This document shows positions 45,701 to 56,600 of a stretch of DNA of 64,000 nt, one piece after another. Source of the stretch: a virus; IMG/VR virus record IMGVR_UViG_3300009158_000046, positions 1 through 64,000 of that record. One strand, given 5' to 3'. The translations under genes and the position numbers were made by a program. The stretch's first letter is position 1. Each line of letters opens with the position of its first letter. The notes beneath the pieces were generated by a model. That model was given only the letters and a program-made list of their open reading frames with translations, was not told the DNA's origin and ran no database searches.

Positions 45701-48461
45701 GAACACCTACACCGACGAGTTGAAGAAGTCTGGAGTTAACGAAGAGGTCATTCGACGTGCATTCGATGCCTTGACTGCACAGCTCAAGGCCCTTGCCGAT
45801 GGCGTTACTGGAGCTATCGACCTCAAGAAGACGGAAATCAGTGAAGGTTTGCTTGCCAATCGTCAGCAGAAGTCCAGGCTGGACCGTGAGCTGCAGCAGA
45901 ATATGCGGATTCTGCAGACCACGACAGACAAGGCAATTTTCGATGCCGTCGATCAGCGAATTCAGCAGATCCTGAAAGAGATGGCTGCCAACTCCGCATC
46001 GACCCTCAGGTTCGAGATGGGGCTTCCCCGCAAGCTCAGCGCTGAGCAAGAGCTGGCGGTGCAGGAAAACGCGGATGCCTCGATCCGCCGTGAACTAGAC
46101 TATCTGGAAAAGCGCAACGAGATCGAGAAGCGCCGCATCGATCAGTCCCTCGCTGCTGAAGACCGGATGCTGGCCGCTCAGCGTGCCGAGATCGATAAGC
46201 AGATAGCGTCGATGCAGAAGGAGCTGAACGACCCGCGCACGACCGAGGAAAAGGCCAAGAAGCTCAAGAGCGCGATCGAGGCGTTGATCGAGAAGGGCAT
46301 CCAGATCCTGGAGCGCCAAGGTGAGATCGACGTTCGCCGAAGCGTGTCGAAAACCCCCGAAGGCTACAACCTCGTGCCCGGCGTGATCGACAAAGGCACG
46401 GTTGCCGGACAGATCGTCGATGCGCTTCGTGGCCTGCGCCGTGAAGACCTAGCCGGAGTTGCGCTGGGCTTTGGAGCTGCCGAAAGCGGCTTTGACCCCA
46501 GCGCACGCAACAAAAGCGGAGCGACGGGTCTTTTCCAGTTCATGCCCCAGACATGGGATCGGTTCGGACGTGGTGGAAACATCAACAAGGTCGAGGATCA
46601 GGTCCGGGCCTTTGTCGAGTACGTCGACATTCTCGGCAAGGTCTTTACCGACAAGACCGGAAGGATAGCCACGCCTCGTGAGCTTTACGCCCTGTGGCAG
46701 CAGGGGGAAGGCGGAGCTGGTCGCCTCTTTTCTGCGAACCCGAATGCCAGTGCGTTCGAGACCCTCGCTCCAGCCTATCGGGATCGCAACACTGCGGCCA
46801 AGGCCATCACCGGCAACGGTGGCACTCTCGACATGACGGTCTCTCAGTTCCTCGAAGTGGTCATGGGTCACTTCGACAAGTCGGTTGCGAAAAACGGCGG
46901 CAAGATCGTCAAGACGACAAACGATGTCGCCACTGAAGAGGCTCGTGCTCGTACCGAAGCTGGTCGAACCGGCTACGGCCAGAAGGCGGCAGACGCTGAG
47001 AAAGGTGTGTCTGACAAGATCTGGGAAAATCTGAAGAAAAAAGCTTCTGAGGAAGACAAGGTCGACATGCGAAACATCGAGAGCAAGCGCAAGCTGCTCT
47101 CCCAGTCGTTCGACCCTGGCGAGGCTCAGAAGACTCTCAAGGAGATCCTTGATCTCTATAAGCAGATGGCTGAACGCGCCGTCGAGACCCTGAAAAAGAG
47201 CCCCGAGTTTCAGGGTCTTTCTGCAGACCAGCAGAAGGAACGCATCAGTGAGATCCGCTCCAAGTACCGCGAGATGGCGGAGAGAGAAGCCCTTGGTGGA
47301 GCGGCAACGGCGGGAAAGACTGTCTCAACCAAGGACAAGCAGGAACTCGATCGGCTGAAGAAGCAGAAAGAGCTGATGGATGAAAATCGCTCCGGCTATT
47401 CGGCCGAGGAGTACCGGTCTGTCGAGAAGGCTTTGGAAGCACAGCAAAAGAAGGTCGATTTCGCTGATCGTGAGTTGAAGCTCACCCAGGAGTTGGCGAC
47501 CGTCAACCAGACGATCAAGCAGATCACGGAAAGCGGTCTCGGCACGGAAAGGGAGCTGACTGATTTGACAGCTCGAAAGGCCGCGCTGGAACGTGAAGTC
47601 GGAGAGGCCAAAAAGACGTCTGCAATCGTCTCTGACTCTGAGGCCCGGAAGGCAAGCGGCGGCAACATCGGCAATGCCCTTTCCGCAGGAGCGGACAAGT
47701 TCTTCAAGGGCAACGGCATGAAGACTGCCACTGGCGAATGGAAGTCCATGACCGAGCAGATGTCCGACATGTGGGGACAGGCCCTGGGTTCGATGGACAG
47801 CTCTTTGTCCACGCTGTTCGTGAACCTCGCCAGCGGCACCATGAAGGCCAAGGACGCCTTCAAGCAGTTCGCCATGTCGGTCATCCAGGACATGATGAAG
47901 ATCGTGTCCCAGGCCCTCTCCAAGCAGATCCTGGCGGCACTCTTCGGTGGAGCTGACAGCAAGGGCAATTCGATCTTCGGTAGCCTTGGAAACCTTTTTG
48001 GTGGTGGCGGTGGTGAAGCTGCGGCTGAAGGCGGTGGCGGGTTCTTCAGCGGGATTGGGAGCTGGTTCTCTGGCCTCTTTTCCTACAACGGCGGAGCAAT
48101 GCGCTTTGCCGGAGGCGGCATGATTCCCCACTACGCCGGAGGGGGAGCAGCGTCGAACCGGGATAGCCAAATGATCATGGCTCAGCCGGGTGAGTACATG
48201 GTCCGCAAGACCGCTGTCGACGCCGTGGGTCGCGACACGTTGGATCAGATCAACAACCTCGGCCCCAACAAGGTGTCGAAACCCGGCCCGATGCCGCAGC
48301 CGAAGCAGCCAAAGCCGAGCAACGTCAACGTCTGGGTGGTGTCGCCTGAGCAGGTTCCGCCGCCCAGTCCCCGCGACATCATCGCCACCGTCGCCCAGGA
48401 CATTCAGAACCGGGGCACCATTCGCCAGCTCGTCAAGCAGGTTTCAGTGGGTCACGTTTGA
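42747..48461 (+). CDS. Tape measure protein with lytic transglycosylase domain
   Basis: 1904 aa helical; TMP core region; AESGFDPSARNKSGATGLFQFMPQTW SLT motif; PGEYMVRK.AV C-terminus. Confidence 0.92.
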   Translation: MADDIEIGIGADATSAVSGINKMVQGLNDAVRAAGRLEQVYRSISAQAARGNEDAIARLKDLRDQIKLESEALQVRKSKVMQTESVRGRGRTLADDSLADFTVQAYTKGFNVNNKQIEARIRQAASKAAERLVTATAEALEAQLNSTKIATYAKQLRNSTPEARNASIIQIQDRESRRVQQYGGYSSLAEYQAAKDAERNARYLERVRTATLAKQDAEYNRAAAARMREEARVNQQEEKGSFSNQSLRKGELLRDRADRFFDYGGLGAAVLAVTSMTKNLLDLDDAMLRFQAITQTSNLEMVTFKKNILEMGQSSRYSIKDLTEAAITLGQTGLSGSAVTTALAPIVQLATASGSNIGQSVEVVTAAMGAYNMEASRAGEVANTMTAALNLTKLTMQQLSLGIQYAANVARESDISFTELTAVIGGLAQAGIRSGSTLGTGTRQLIQELSAPGDKLKNILKELNIQLGDIDIRGNTFTGVLENLRSKGFGTAEALRALDLRAASAFSALAGQTDTVKRLQESLLLTNAAAEGSATANQSLSASFTRLNNTMVGLADKAFGPVMTAMKGATDGANALFSALGSSESVNKIVAFGASAAVGAIAISQLARGMSVLSAAIFGLGTAGTALAFVNTGLAAIATNPLVVGGGLAAVGLAAVLLSGSSAAEKLAERLDRVKKSLNDLQSSQIQTQASLQTLETMLDSIIRRRDKLNEDPLLRRTAIIEAQKAFEQWGLTVDATSTSVDSLIKALQSLRGVMQEDMTRNLSQQLIDLEIKFKLLKQQMAEDKVGTVKNLFSAAGGNMFSGDRRTFLSSQFGRLGVTNGEDIMNFMMQNPDNMNIGDVRGTSNKYFTSLRDELDRVKGNIRNIERKDVIDAPTQAELDRLRQAEVLITALIKELGDFVSRATNLQGNIRQREEASLAGRASTIQDGATYKGLIARRDELFGQVTSGERVILSNENLSAGQKANAIRDLRASVAQEVEAVTKELNTYTDELKKSGVNEEVIRRAFDALTAQLKALADGVTGAIDLKKTEISEGLLANRQQKSRLDRELQQNMRILQTTTDKAIFDAVDQRIQQILKEMAANSASTLRFEMGLPRKLSAEQELAVQENADASIRRELDYLEKRNEIEKRRIDQSLAAEDRMLAAQRAEIDKQIASMQKELNDPRTTEEKAKKLKSAIEALIEKGIQILERQGEIDVRRSVSKTPEGYNLVPGVIDKGTVAGQIVDALRGLRREDLAGVALGFGAAESGFDPSARNKSGATGLFQFMPQTWDRFGRGGNINKVEDQVRAFVEYVDILGKVFTDKTGRIATPRELYALWQQGEGGAGRLFSANPNASAFETLAPAYRDRNTAAKAITGNGGTLDMTVSQFLEVVMGHFDKSVAKNGGKIVKTTNDVATEEARARTEAGRTGYGQKAADAEKGVSDKIWENLKKKASEEDKVDMRNIESKRKLLSQSFDPGEAQKTLKEILDLYKQMAERAVETLKKSPEFQGLSADQQKERISEIRSKYREMAEREALGGAATAGKTVSTKDKQELDRLKKQKELMDENRSGYSAEEYRSVEKALEAQQKKVDFADRELKLTQELATVNQTIKQITESGLGTERELTDLTARKAALEREVGEAKKTSAIVSDSEARKASGGNIGNALSAGADKFFKGNGMKTATGEWKSMTEQMSDMWGQALGSMDSSLSTLFVNLASGTMKAKDAFKQFAMSVIQDMMKIVSQALSKQILAALFGGADSKGNSIFGSLGNLFGGGGGEAAAEGGGGFFSGIGSWFSGLFSYNGGAMRFAGGGMIPHYAGGGAASNRDSQMIMAQPGEYMVRKTAVDAVGRDTLDQINNLGPNKVSKPGPMPQPKQPKPSNVNVWVVSPEQVPPPSPRDIIATVAQDIQNRGTIRQLVKQVSVGHV

Positions 48462-48871
48462 TGCCGAATTTTGATTTTCCCTACCACAAGGTCACGGATG
48501 AATACCCGGAGAGCAGCATCATTCTGCGCTTCGGTCGTGGCTACCAGTTTGCATCGAAGCCGCGTGGGCCTGACCAGCTCATTTTCCATCTCGAATTCCC
48601 GGTGATGTACTGGTACTTCAACGGCACAACAATAGATCGCACTGTCAAACCTCAATTCAACTTTGCATTCTTGCAGGACTTTTATGAGTCAGTGAGGATG
48701 TACGACACGTTCACCTACACCCACCCATCCCGTGGGGTGCAGACCGTGCGGTTCCAGAAACCACTTCCGCCGGTCAAAGGGATCAGCAACGCGGTGATCT
48801 ACGAGCCAACGATCTCCCGCACCCGGCACGCCATTGACGCCTTCAACATCGATCTGATCCAGCAGCCATGA
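48461..48871 (+). CDS. Minor tail protein (lambda M / distal-tail-like)
   Basis: FGRGYQ, DFYE....TFTYTHP; position after TMP. Confidence 0.75.
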   Translation: MPNFDFPYHKVTDEYPESSIILRFGRGYQFASKPRGPDQLIFHLEFPVMYWYFNGTTIDRTVKPQFNFAFLQDFYESVRMYDTFTYTHPSRGVQTVRFQKPLPPVKGISNAVIYEPTISRTRHAIDAFNIDLIQQP

Positions 48872-49359
48872 CAGCTCCCAACGCACAGCTTGTTGAAGCC
48901 CAGAAGCTCACCTCAGACGCTCTTGTCGACCTGTTCGAGGTGTTCCTGGTGGGCGCTCCGAATGGGACCTACGTGCGGTTCACGAACGGCAAGAGCGTGA
49001 CGTGGCAGAGCAAGACCTACGAGGCGCTGGGTTGCAAGTTCTCGACCGTCAGCCGCACTGCGGAGCCAGAGCGCAGCCGCCCGACACTCACCGTGATCAA
49101 CCCCTTGGGCATCTTCAACAGCTATGCCTTCAAGGGGTATTTCGAGCAGGCGACGGTGATCCGAAAGCGCGTGCTGTTGCAGCACATCACCAGCAACACA
49201 GCTTTGAGTGACGACACCTATTTCTACATTTCCAAAGTCAAGGAAATGATCGCCGACCAGTCGGTCTCGTTCGAGCTTAGAGCCCTCAGCGACGGTCCGG
49301 ACCTGATGATCCCGGCTCGTGTTTTCATTCCGCCAGACTTTCCGTTTGTCACTCTCTAG
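48868..49359 (+). CDS. Minor tail protein (lambda L-like)
   Basis: VDLFE, VTWQ...YEA, RPTLTV.N, VIRKRV, FEL....IPAR. Confidence 0.8.
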   Translation: MTAPNAQLVEAQKLTSDALVDLFEVFLVGAPNGTYVRFTNGKSVTWQSKTYEALGCKFSTVSRTAEPERSRPTLTVINPLGIFNSYAFKGYFEQATVIRKRVLLQHITSNTALSDDTYFYISKVKEMIADQSVSFELRALSDGPDLMIPARVFIPPDFPFVTL

Positions 49360-49375
49360 GTTGAAAGCTTTCAAC
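49360..49375. promoter_or_regulatory. Palindrome copy 13, GTTGAAAGCTTTCAAC
   Basis: Fills the gap between TAG 49359 and ATG 49377. Confidence 0.85.
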
Positions 49376-49376
49376 G

Positions 49377-49862
49377 ATGCTGAAGTACGATCACCTTCTT
49401 GGACGTCCTTTCAAGCATGGAAGCAAGGACTGCTACGGATTGATACGCGACTTCTATCTCGACAATTTCGGGATCCCGCTTCGCAACTATGCCCGACCCG
49501 ACGACCACTGGGACAATGGTCTGAACCTCTACATGGAGTTGTTTCATGCCGAGGGGTTCCGCCCTCTCGACTGCCTTCCCATGTTCTGGAGGCCGGGAGA
49601 CGCGCTGCTGATGGCCATCCGGTCGTCTGTTGCAAATCATGCGGCAGTCATTGTCGAGGACGGCCTGATCCTGCACCACCTCTACGGTGGACTGTCGCGG
49701 GCCGAGCCCTACAGGGGCTTCTTTCGCGACACGACAGTGGCGGTGCTTCGGCACAAGGACGTGACCTACGAACCCGAAGAAAAGACCCTCGACCTGCTGG
49801 AGAGCCTGCCAGATGCTTTGCGACGTAAACTTGCTGACTTCCTTCCTGACCGGGGAGAATGA
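49377..49862 (+). CDS. NlpC/P60 tail protein (lambda K C-terminal-like)
   Basis: GRPF.HG..DCYGLIRDFY, PGD, NHAAV...ILHH. Confidence 0.88.
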   Translation: MLKYDHLLGRPFKHGSKDCYGLIRDFYLDNFGIPLRNYARPDDHWDNGLNLYMELFHAEGFRPLDCLPMFWRPGDALLMAIRSSVANHAAVIVEDGLILHHLYGGLSRAEPYRGFFRDTTVAVLRHKDVTYEPEEKTLDLLESLPDALRRKLADFLPDRGE

Positions 49863-50196
49863 GCGCGTTGGCCTCGTGCTCAAGGACGGCACGGTCGTCG
49901 AGCTGGAGAACATCTGCCACGACCCAAAGAATGGTTTCGAGGTCGATGCCGCCGAACTCGTCAAATACTACAGTGACGCTGTGGCAACATGGCATACACA
50001 TCCTGATGCCACATCCAATCTCTCTGTGGGGGATTTGCAAAGCTATCTGAACTATCCGGAGTTGACGCACTACTTAGTTGGAACAGACGGCGTTGCGACG
50101 TATTTCGTCGAGAATGGCCGCGTTCTGAGGGCCGAGGATGCTGCGTCGGATCCACCTGCACGGATCGCTCAAGAAGATCCATCCCGAAGTCATTGA
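49813..50196 (+). CDS. JAB/MPN metalloprotease (lambda K N-terminal-like)
   Basis: ERVGL, WHTHP....LSVGD. Confidence 0.85.
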   Translation: MLCDVNLLTSFLTGENERVGLVLKDGTVVELENICHDPKNGFEVDAAELVKYYSDAVATWHTHPDATSNLSVGDLQSYLNYPELTHYLVGTDGVATYFVENGRVLRAEDAASDPPARIAQEDPSRSH

Positions 50197-50692
50197 GGTT
50201 GAGGCTGACAACGTCGGAGAGGCTCTCCGCGTCGTCACCACACAGCTCCCCGGCTTCAAGCCCAACGCCATCGAGGGCTACAAACGCATCCAGGTTGCCG
50301 GTTGCCGCACCGTCGAGGACTTGTTCTCCGAGACGGACATGGTGGACATCCACGTCTTCCCGCAGCTCAACGGCGGCAAGAGCGGCGGCTTTATCCAGAT
50401 CCTGCTTGGTGTCGTCCTGATCGCCGCCGCTTTCGCCATCGGCGCTGCTGGCTTCCTGGGTGGGCTGCTGCTCAAGGTCGGGGCGATGATGCTGCTGGGC
50501 GGCATCCTACAGCTCATCTCTGCACCGAAGCGGGACAAGGACGACAAGCAGCAGCAGAAGAGCCACTACCTCGGACCGCCGCAGAACACGGTCGAAATCG
50601 GAACCCGCATTCCGATCCTCTACGGCCGGAGGAAGGTCGGTGGCCACTACCTGTCCTTCAACGTGTCGGCTGTTGAGGGGAGCGTCGGCTAA
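50138..50692 (+). CDS. Tail assembly protein (lambda I-like, ubiquitin-like N-terminus)
   Basis: IHLHGSL, IHVFPQLNGG, hydrophobic stretch, NT...G..IPILYG. Confidence 0.88.
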   Translation: MLRRIHLHGSLKKIHPEVIEVEADNVGEALRVVTTQLPGFKPNAIEGYKRIQVAGCRTVEDLFSETDMVDIHVFPQLNGGKSGGFIQILLGVVLIAAAFAIGAAGFLGGLLLKVGAMMLLGGILQLISAPKRDKDDKQQQKSHYLGPPQNTVEIGTRIPILYGRRKVGGHYLSFNVSAVEGSVG

Positions 50693-53600
50693 TGGGTCTC
50701 TTCGGCAGCTCCACCAAGCAGCAGCACACCCAGCCGGATACGCTGTTTTCCGACGACATCATGGAGGTCGTGCTGGCGGTCTCGGAGGGGCCGATCGTCG
50801 GTCTCGACACGCCAAGGGACTTCTTCATCAACGACACGCCGTTGGTGAATTCGAGCTACACGCCGAACATCGGCAATTTCGATCTGCGAATTCACAAGGG
50901 CAACAACCCCGGCGAGGTTTTCAAGACGAACCTCGGCGGCGCTGGATCCACGGTCAACCTGAACGTCAACCTGGAGACCAACCTTCCTGTCGTCGGTAGC
51001 GGAACCAAAAGGAACATCGATTTTCTGGAAGTCCGCATCGTCATTCAGCGGCTCTACGCAACCAACTCGCGTGGCGAGTGGCCGTGGTGGGCTGACTTCA
51101 AGGTTGAAGTCAAACCGCACTCCTCTGGGACGTGGGCGGCGGGAATTGACTTTTCGACCCCTCCCCCGGCGGTCACCACGACGACCAACTACGTTCAATA
51201 CACAGGCCAGAACCAGAACCCCGGAGAAGACTACAACGCCTATTATCGGCTGACGAAGATCGACTCGGCTGCCCCATCAGCGCCGACCGACTTCTCGTTG
51301 ATTTGGTTCAACAGCGCATCCAACTACACACCCAAGATCTGGAACGGGACGGCATGGGTCGCCCCTCCGGGCCTCGTGTACACCTACGTGGCCCTTCCAG
51401 ATTACAGCTATTACACATGGAACGACGGCAATTACGTTCCCAATGGCAGTGGGGGCTATAACTTCGCCGCCACGGGTTCAACCGTCAAAGCCATCATCGG
51501 CTGGAATGGCGCTCCTCCGGTCTTCGGAAACCCCCAGGATCTGTGGGTCACTCCGTCGAATGTCTTGGATCAGACGTCCCCCACTGTCTATTCGTGGAAC
51601 GGCTCGACCTGGGTCGACTACATGGATTGGGCAGAGATCCCATCCGCAAGCCCAGGCACGTTCTCGGTCTACGGAAAGACAACCTCAAACTATGTAAAAG
51701 AGTATCGGATCCCAGTTCCTCGGATCAACGATACCTTTGATGTACGAGTCACGAAGCTCAGCGCTCCCAACACGGGAAGCGAGTTTTCGGACATCATGTT
51801 TGAGAGCTTTCAGGAAGTCACCACTGATCCCCTGCAGTTTAACGATATTGCCATTGCTCATCTGACCGTTAGGGCTTCTGAGCAGTTCAGCTCCATTCCG
51901 ACCTTCACGGGTATCTACAAGGGCCGCATGGTGCGGGTCCCTTCCAACTACAATCCTGTCACCAAGGTCTATACCGGCCTATGGGACGGCGTGACGTTCA
52001 ACATCGCCTGGACCGACAACCCGGCCTGGATTGTCTACGACCTCGTCACGAACACCCGCTACGGCATGGCGGCGTATTACACGGTCAACCTTGACCGGAT
52101 GTCGATCTATGAGTTCGGCAAGCACTGCGACCTTCACGGCTTCACCTACAATGAGCTGATCCAGGAGCCCCGCAATCTCGTCGAAGCGATCGACTATGTC
52201 TGCGGCATCGCGGGCGGTCGCTTCATCGACCTTGGCAATGGCTACGCGACGATCCTGTTCGACGCTGACGATCAGGCTGCCGTGGCGCTCTTCACGCCGG
52301 AGAACGTCGTCGACGGTGTCTTCACCTACGGCTTCACGGACATCACCAGCCGCAAGAACGACATCACTGTCTCGTTCATCAATCCTGATCTGAACTGGCG
52401 CGAAGATCGCCGTCGCATCTACGACCAAACGGTCATCAACACCTATGGTCGCAACCCCGAAGAGTTCATCGCTGTCGGATGCATCAGCGAGACTGAGGCC
52501 ATCAAGCGTGGTCGCCTACGCCTCATCATGGCCCAGACGGAACGCGCGGTGGTCACCTTCAAGACCAACCGCCTGGGCCTTTACCTGAGGCCTTTCGACG
52601 TCATCCTGATTGCGGACGACGCCAGCGGGTTCGGCATTCATGGCCGAGTGAAGACGGTCAACTCGACGACGAGCCTGACGCTGCGAGACTCCGTCTATTT
52701 CGAGGCGGGGTTTACTTACAAGATTTCATTCCAGGTGCCGGACGGAAACGGCAACAACCAGCTCGTCAAACACAATCTGGTCACCAGCTCGGGGTCGACA
52801 ACCAGTCTCACACTGGCGACCCCTCTGACCGTCACGCTACCGACCAGCGCTGCGTTCTCGATTGAGTGCTCCACAACGACGACAGGGACGCCGAAAGCGT
52901 TCCGTGTGACCTCCATTGAAGAGTCGGACGGTGATGCCGACGTGGTCACCGTTTCGGCCATGGAGGTCAACAGGACCAAGTGGGCCTACGTCGATGGCAC
53001 CATCACAGTCATCAGTGTCGGAGATGGTGGACGCCCGACGCGCTTTGTCGACCCGCCCGCAAACCCGATTGCAGTGGGTCGATCGGTCTCTGCGACCCGC
53101 CAGGAAATTCACATCTCTTGGGATACCAGCCCGAACAGGTTCGTTCGCAGCTACAACCTCTATTGGTCGTTCAACACCGGACAGACCGAACTTTTCGGAA
53201 CAAGCCGGACGCCAGCCTACGTCATCGAGGACGCAAAGGAAGGCTTCTACAGCTTTGCCTTGACGGCTGTTTCGATCGACGGTGTGGAGTCCCCTCCTGT
53301 TTATTTTGAGCACCGCGTGCTGGGGATTTCCGGGACGAGCCGAGCTGTCGCTCCTCCCTCTTTCATCCAGCTCACGAACGGCAGCAGCGCCACCGAATTC
53401 AGAGGGCGCGAGCCCTCAATCTCGTGGGGCAACAGCGGAGATCCGTTCTTTCTGAATTTCAACGTCAGGGTCTTGCACCCGTCGACGTCGGTGACGTTGC
53501 GCGAGTTCAACACGCGCGGCAACACCTACACCTACCCCTATCTGGACAACCAGACTGACTTTGGAGGAACGGCTTCAAGGTCGATGATCTTTGAGGTTCG

Positions 53601-56600
53601 AGCGCTCGACTCGACAGGCATGTATTCCATGCCAGTTCGGCTGACCGCGTCGAACCCTTCTCCCGGCCTCGTATCGCCGTCCATTGTCTCCAACACCAAT
53701 GGCATCACGATTTCGTTCAGCGCACCGGCTGATGCCGATGTCTTGGGATCGGTGATTTGGTGCTCTACCACAAACGGTTTCAATCCTCTCACCACTACCC
53801 CTGATTACGAAGGCCCAAACACCTCGGTCTTTTTGGATAAGGCTGCTGGAACCTACTACATCCGTGTCGGATGCTATGACGCATTCGGCCGGACAGGCAT
53901 GAACATCACCTCTCAAGTGACAATCGGAGTGTCCGATGAGGTCGATCTCACGCCTCCAGCCACACCCACTGGCCTGACGCTGACGCCCTCCACGGTTGTG
54001 AAGGCTGATGGCACGCTCGACAGCGTCATCACTCTCACCTGGACGGCAAACAATGAGCCCGATCTTGCTGGCTACCTGATCCAGATCAAGGAAGGGGCAA
54101 GTGGTAATTTCATCGAGTTCGATACCTCTTTGACGAGGTATGAATTCCACAACCTGACGCCTGCAGTTTCCTACACCGCAAAGATCGCGGCATTTGACAA
54201 GGTCAATAACAAATCGTCGTTCACAACCACTGTGTCGGCCACGGCGGGCTTGAACACCACCCCACCGGGGTCGGCCACCGCTTTCAGTGCGACGTCGTCG
54301 CTGCAGACCAACTTCCTCACCTGGACCAATCCGACCAATTCGGATCTGGCATATGTGGAAGTCTGGATGGCCACGACGAACAACCGGGCATCTGCGGCCA
54401 TTGTCGCAAAGGTCAATGGCACGTCGTTCACCCACTCTGGCCTGACGACGAACCAGAGCTATTTCTACTGGCTACGGCCGGTCAACACGTCGGGAACGGT
54501 TGCGGCTGCCTATACCCCAACCTCGGCAACTGGTGGTCTATCGGCAACGCCGGGCACCTTGTCCGGAGTGGAATTCAACACCTCGCTCCGTCCGGTAGAG
54601 TCCGTCAGCGCACTCCCCACAACAGGGAACTTCGATGGTCGCATCGCCTATCTGACCACTGACAAGAAGATCTATCGCTACAACGGCACCACGTGGGTCT
54701 CGACCGTCCCGACGACGGACCTGACAGGCTTTGTCGCCAACACTCAAATCAATGATCGAACCATCAGCGGCACCAAACTTGTCACTGGAGCGATCACCTC
54801 TGCGGAAATGCTGGCTGGTGCGGTCACGGCATCAAAGATTGCCGCATCGACCATTCATAGCCTGCTGCCAAATCCGACATTTGAAGATGGGGTTATGTAC
54901 CCCTGGACCACTGCCTTTGGCACCAACTATGTCGAGGCAGCGACAGACAATGCCTCGGGCCTCTACCGTATGGTTCTGCAAAGAACTTACGACATTGGCG
55001 GTGGACAGCTTGCGGCATATGTCTATGCGAACGCATTTTCAGTAACTGCTGGAGATGTTCTTCAAGCAGAGTTCCGCATCAAAGGAACGTCCAATTCCTC
55101 CGGCGGTGCTTATCTGCGCCTTACTTGGCTTGACAGTGCCAAGTCTAATGTCGGTTACAGCGACGCAGTTTCAAGCGGTGCCTTTACAACCACTTGGACC
55201 GTATATGGTGGGCAGGTAACAGTACCGGCCAACGCTCGATATGCTTCGGTTGAGATCTACCACTACGTCCAGTCCAGCAGCACTTACATGCTTGTGGATC
55301 AGGTGGTTGTTCGACCCACCTTTGGTGCAAATGCCATTGGCAATTCTGCCATTTCAACGGCCAAGATCCAGGACAGCGCCATCACGGCTGCCCAGATTGC
55401 TTCAGCAGCAATCTCCACGGCAAAGATCCAGGACAGCGCCATCACTCCGGCCCAGATTGCGGCTGGAGCCATTACGTCGGTTAAGCTTGTCGACTCGGCA
55501 GTTACAAACGCCAAACTGGCAGATAGCACCGTCAGTACGGCCAAGATCATCGATGCTGCAATCACAAATGCCAAAATTGCAGATAATACAATCAACACCA
55601 AAAAACTTATTATTGCCGATTTTGAAAATCTTGTTGAAAATCCGCATTTTGGAGATGGTGACGTTGGTTGGGTTCGCGGTACTGGCGTCACTATTGTAAA
55701 TGACTCCGCCAATGCTTTTACTGGTAATTGGTTACTCAAAATTGGTATTGGAGCAACAGGCATTGCGGTAAGAAATGAACTTATTTTCCCTGTTGTTTCC
55801 GGCCAGGAATTTTATGTTGAAGCTAGGGCAAAATGTGTCGGTGCGGATGTCGGTATTAATCTTCGTATTCGATTTTTAGCTGCCGACAAATCCTCATTTG
55901 TTGCTGCTTCTGGGGTGGCCTTTTACACAACAGATACGTCTTATATTTTACGGTCTGCCACTATTACAACTCCAGCCGGGGCAATATACGCTTGGGTAGA
56001 TTTTAATCCCATAGGTACTATAACAACTGGACGTTGGGACGTTGGCTATGTTCGCTGTCAAAGGCGCAATGCCAGTGAACTGATAGTTGATGGCGCAATC
56101 ACAGCGTCCAAAATTCAGGCTGCCTCTATCACGGGCGACCGTCTTGTCGCGAACACCATCACTGCTGGTCAGATCGCCACCAACGCCGTCACGGCTGACA
56201 AGATCGCCGCAAACTCGGTGAGTGCCGACAAGATCGCGGCAAACACGATCACCGCTGGTCAGCTTGCTGCCAACGCCGTCACGGCCGACAAGATTGCCGC
56301 AAACTCGATCACTGCCACCAAACTGGTGTTGGTCGACAACACCATTCTCGGGCCTGATCCTGGTTTCTACGATCTGGCTTGGTGGTCTCTTTCTGGAATT
56401 TCCGGCTATAACGCTTATTCCGGCAGTACATCTCCGCAACCTCAGCGATTTTTGGGTGTCACTCGTTTAGGTGACAGCGACTACATCAGTAACACTTTTC
56501 AGATTGAACAGGGAGCTTACTACCGACTTAAACTTCGCATCTGGATTAGCACAGACGCAGCCGGGTGGATTGGACTTGCAGTTCATATTCCGTGGACTGC

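Noticed and set aside
46400-46900. Lytic transglycosylase inside the tape measure as a novelty
   Set aside because: Common in siphophage tape measure proteins
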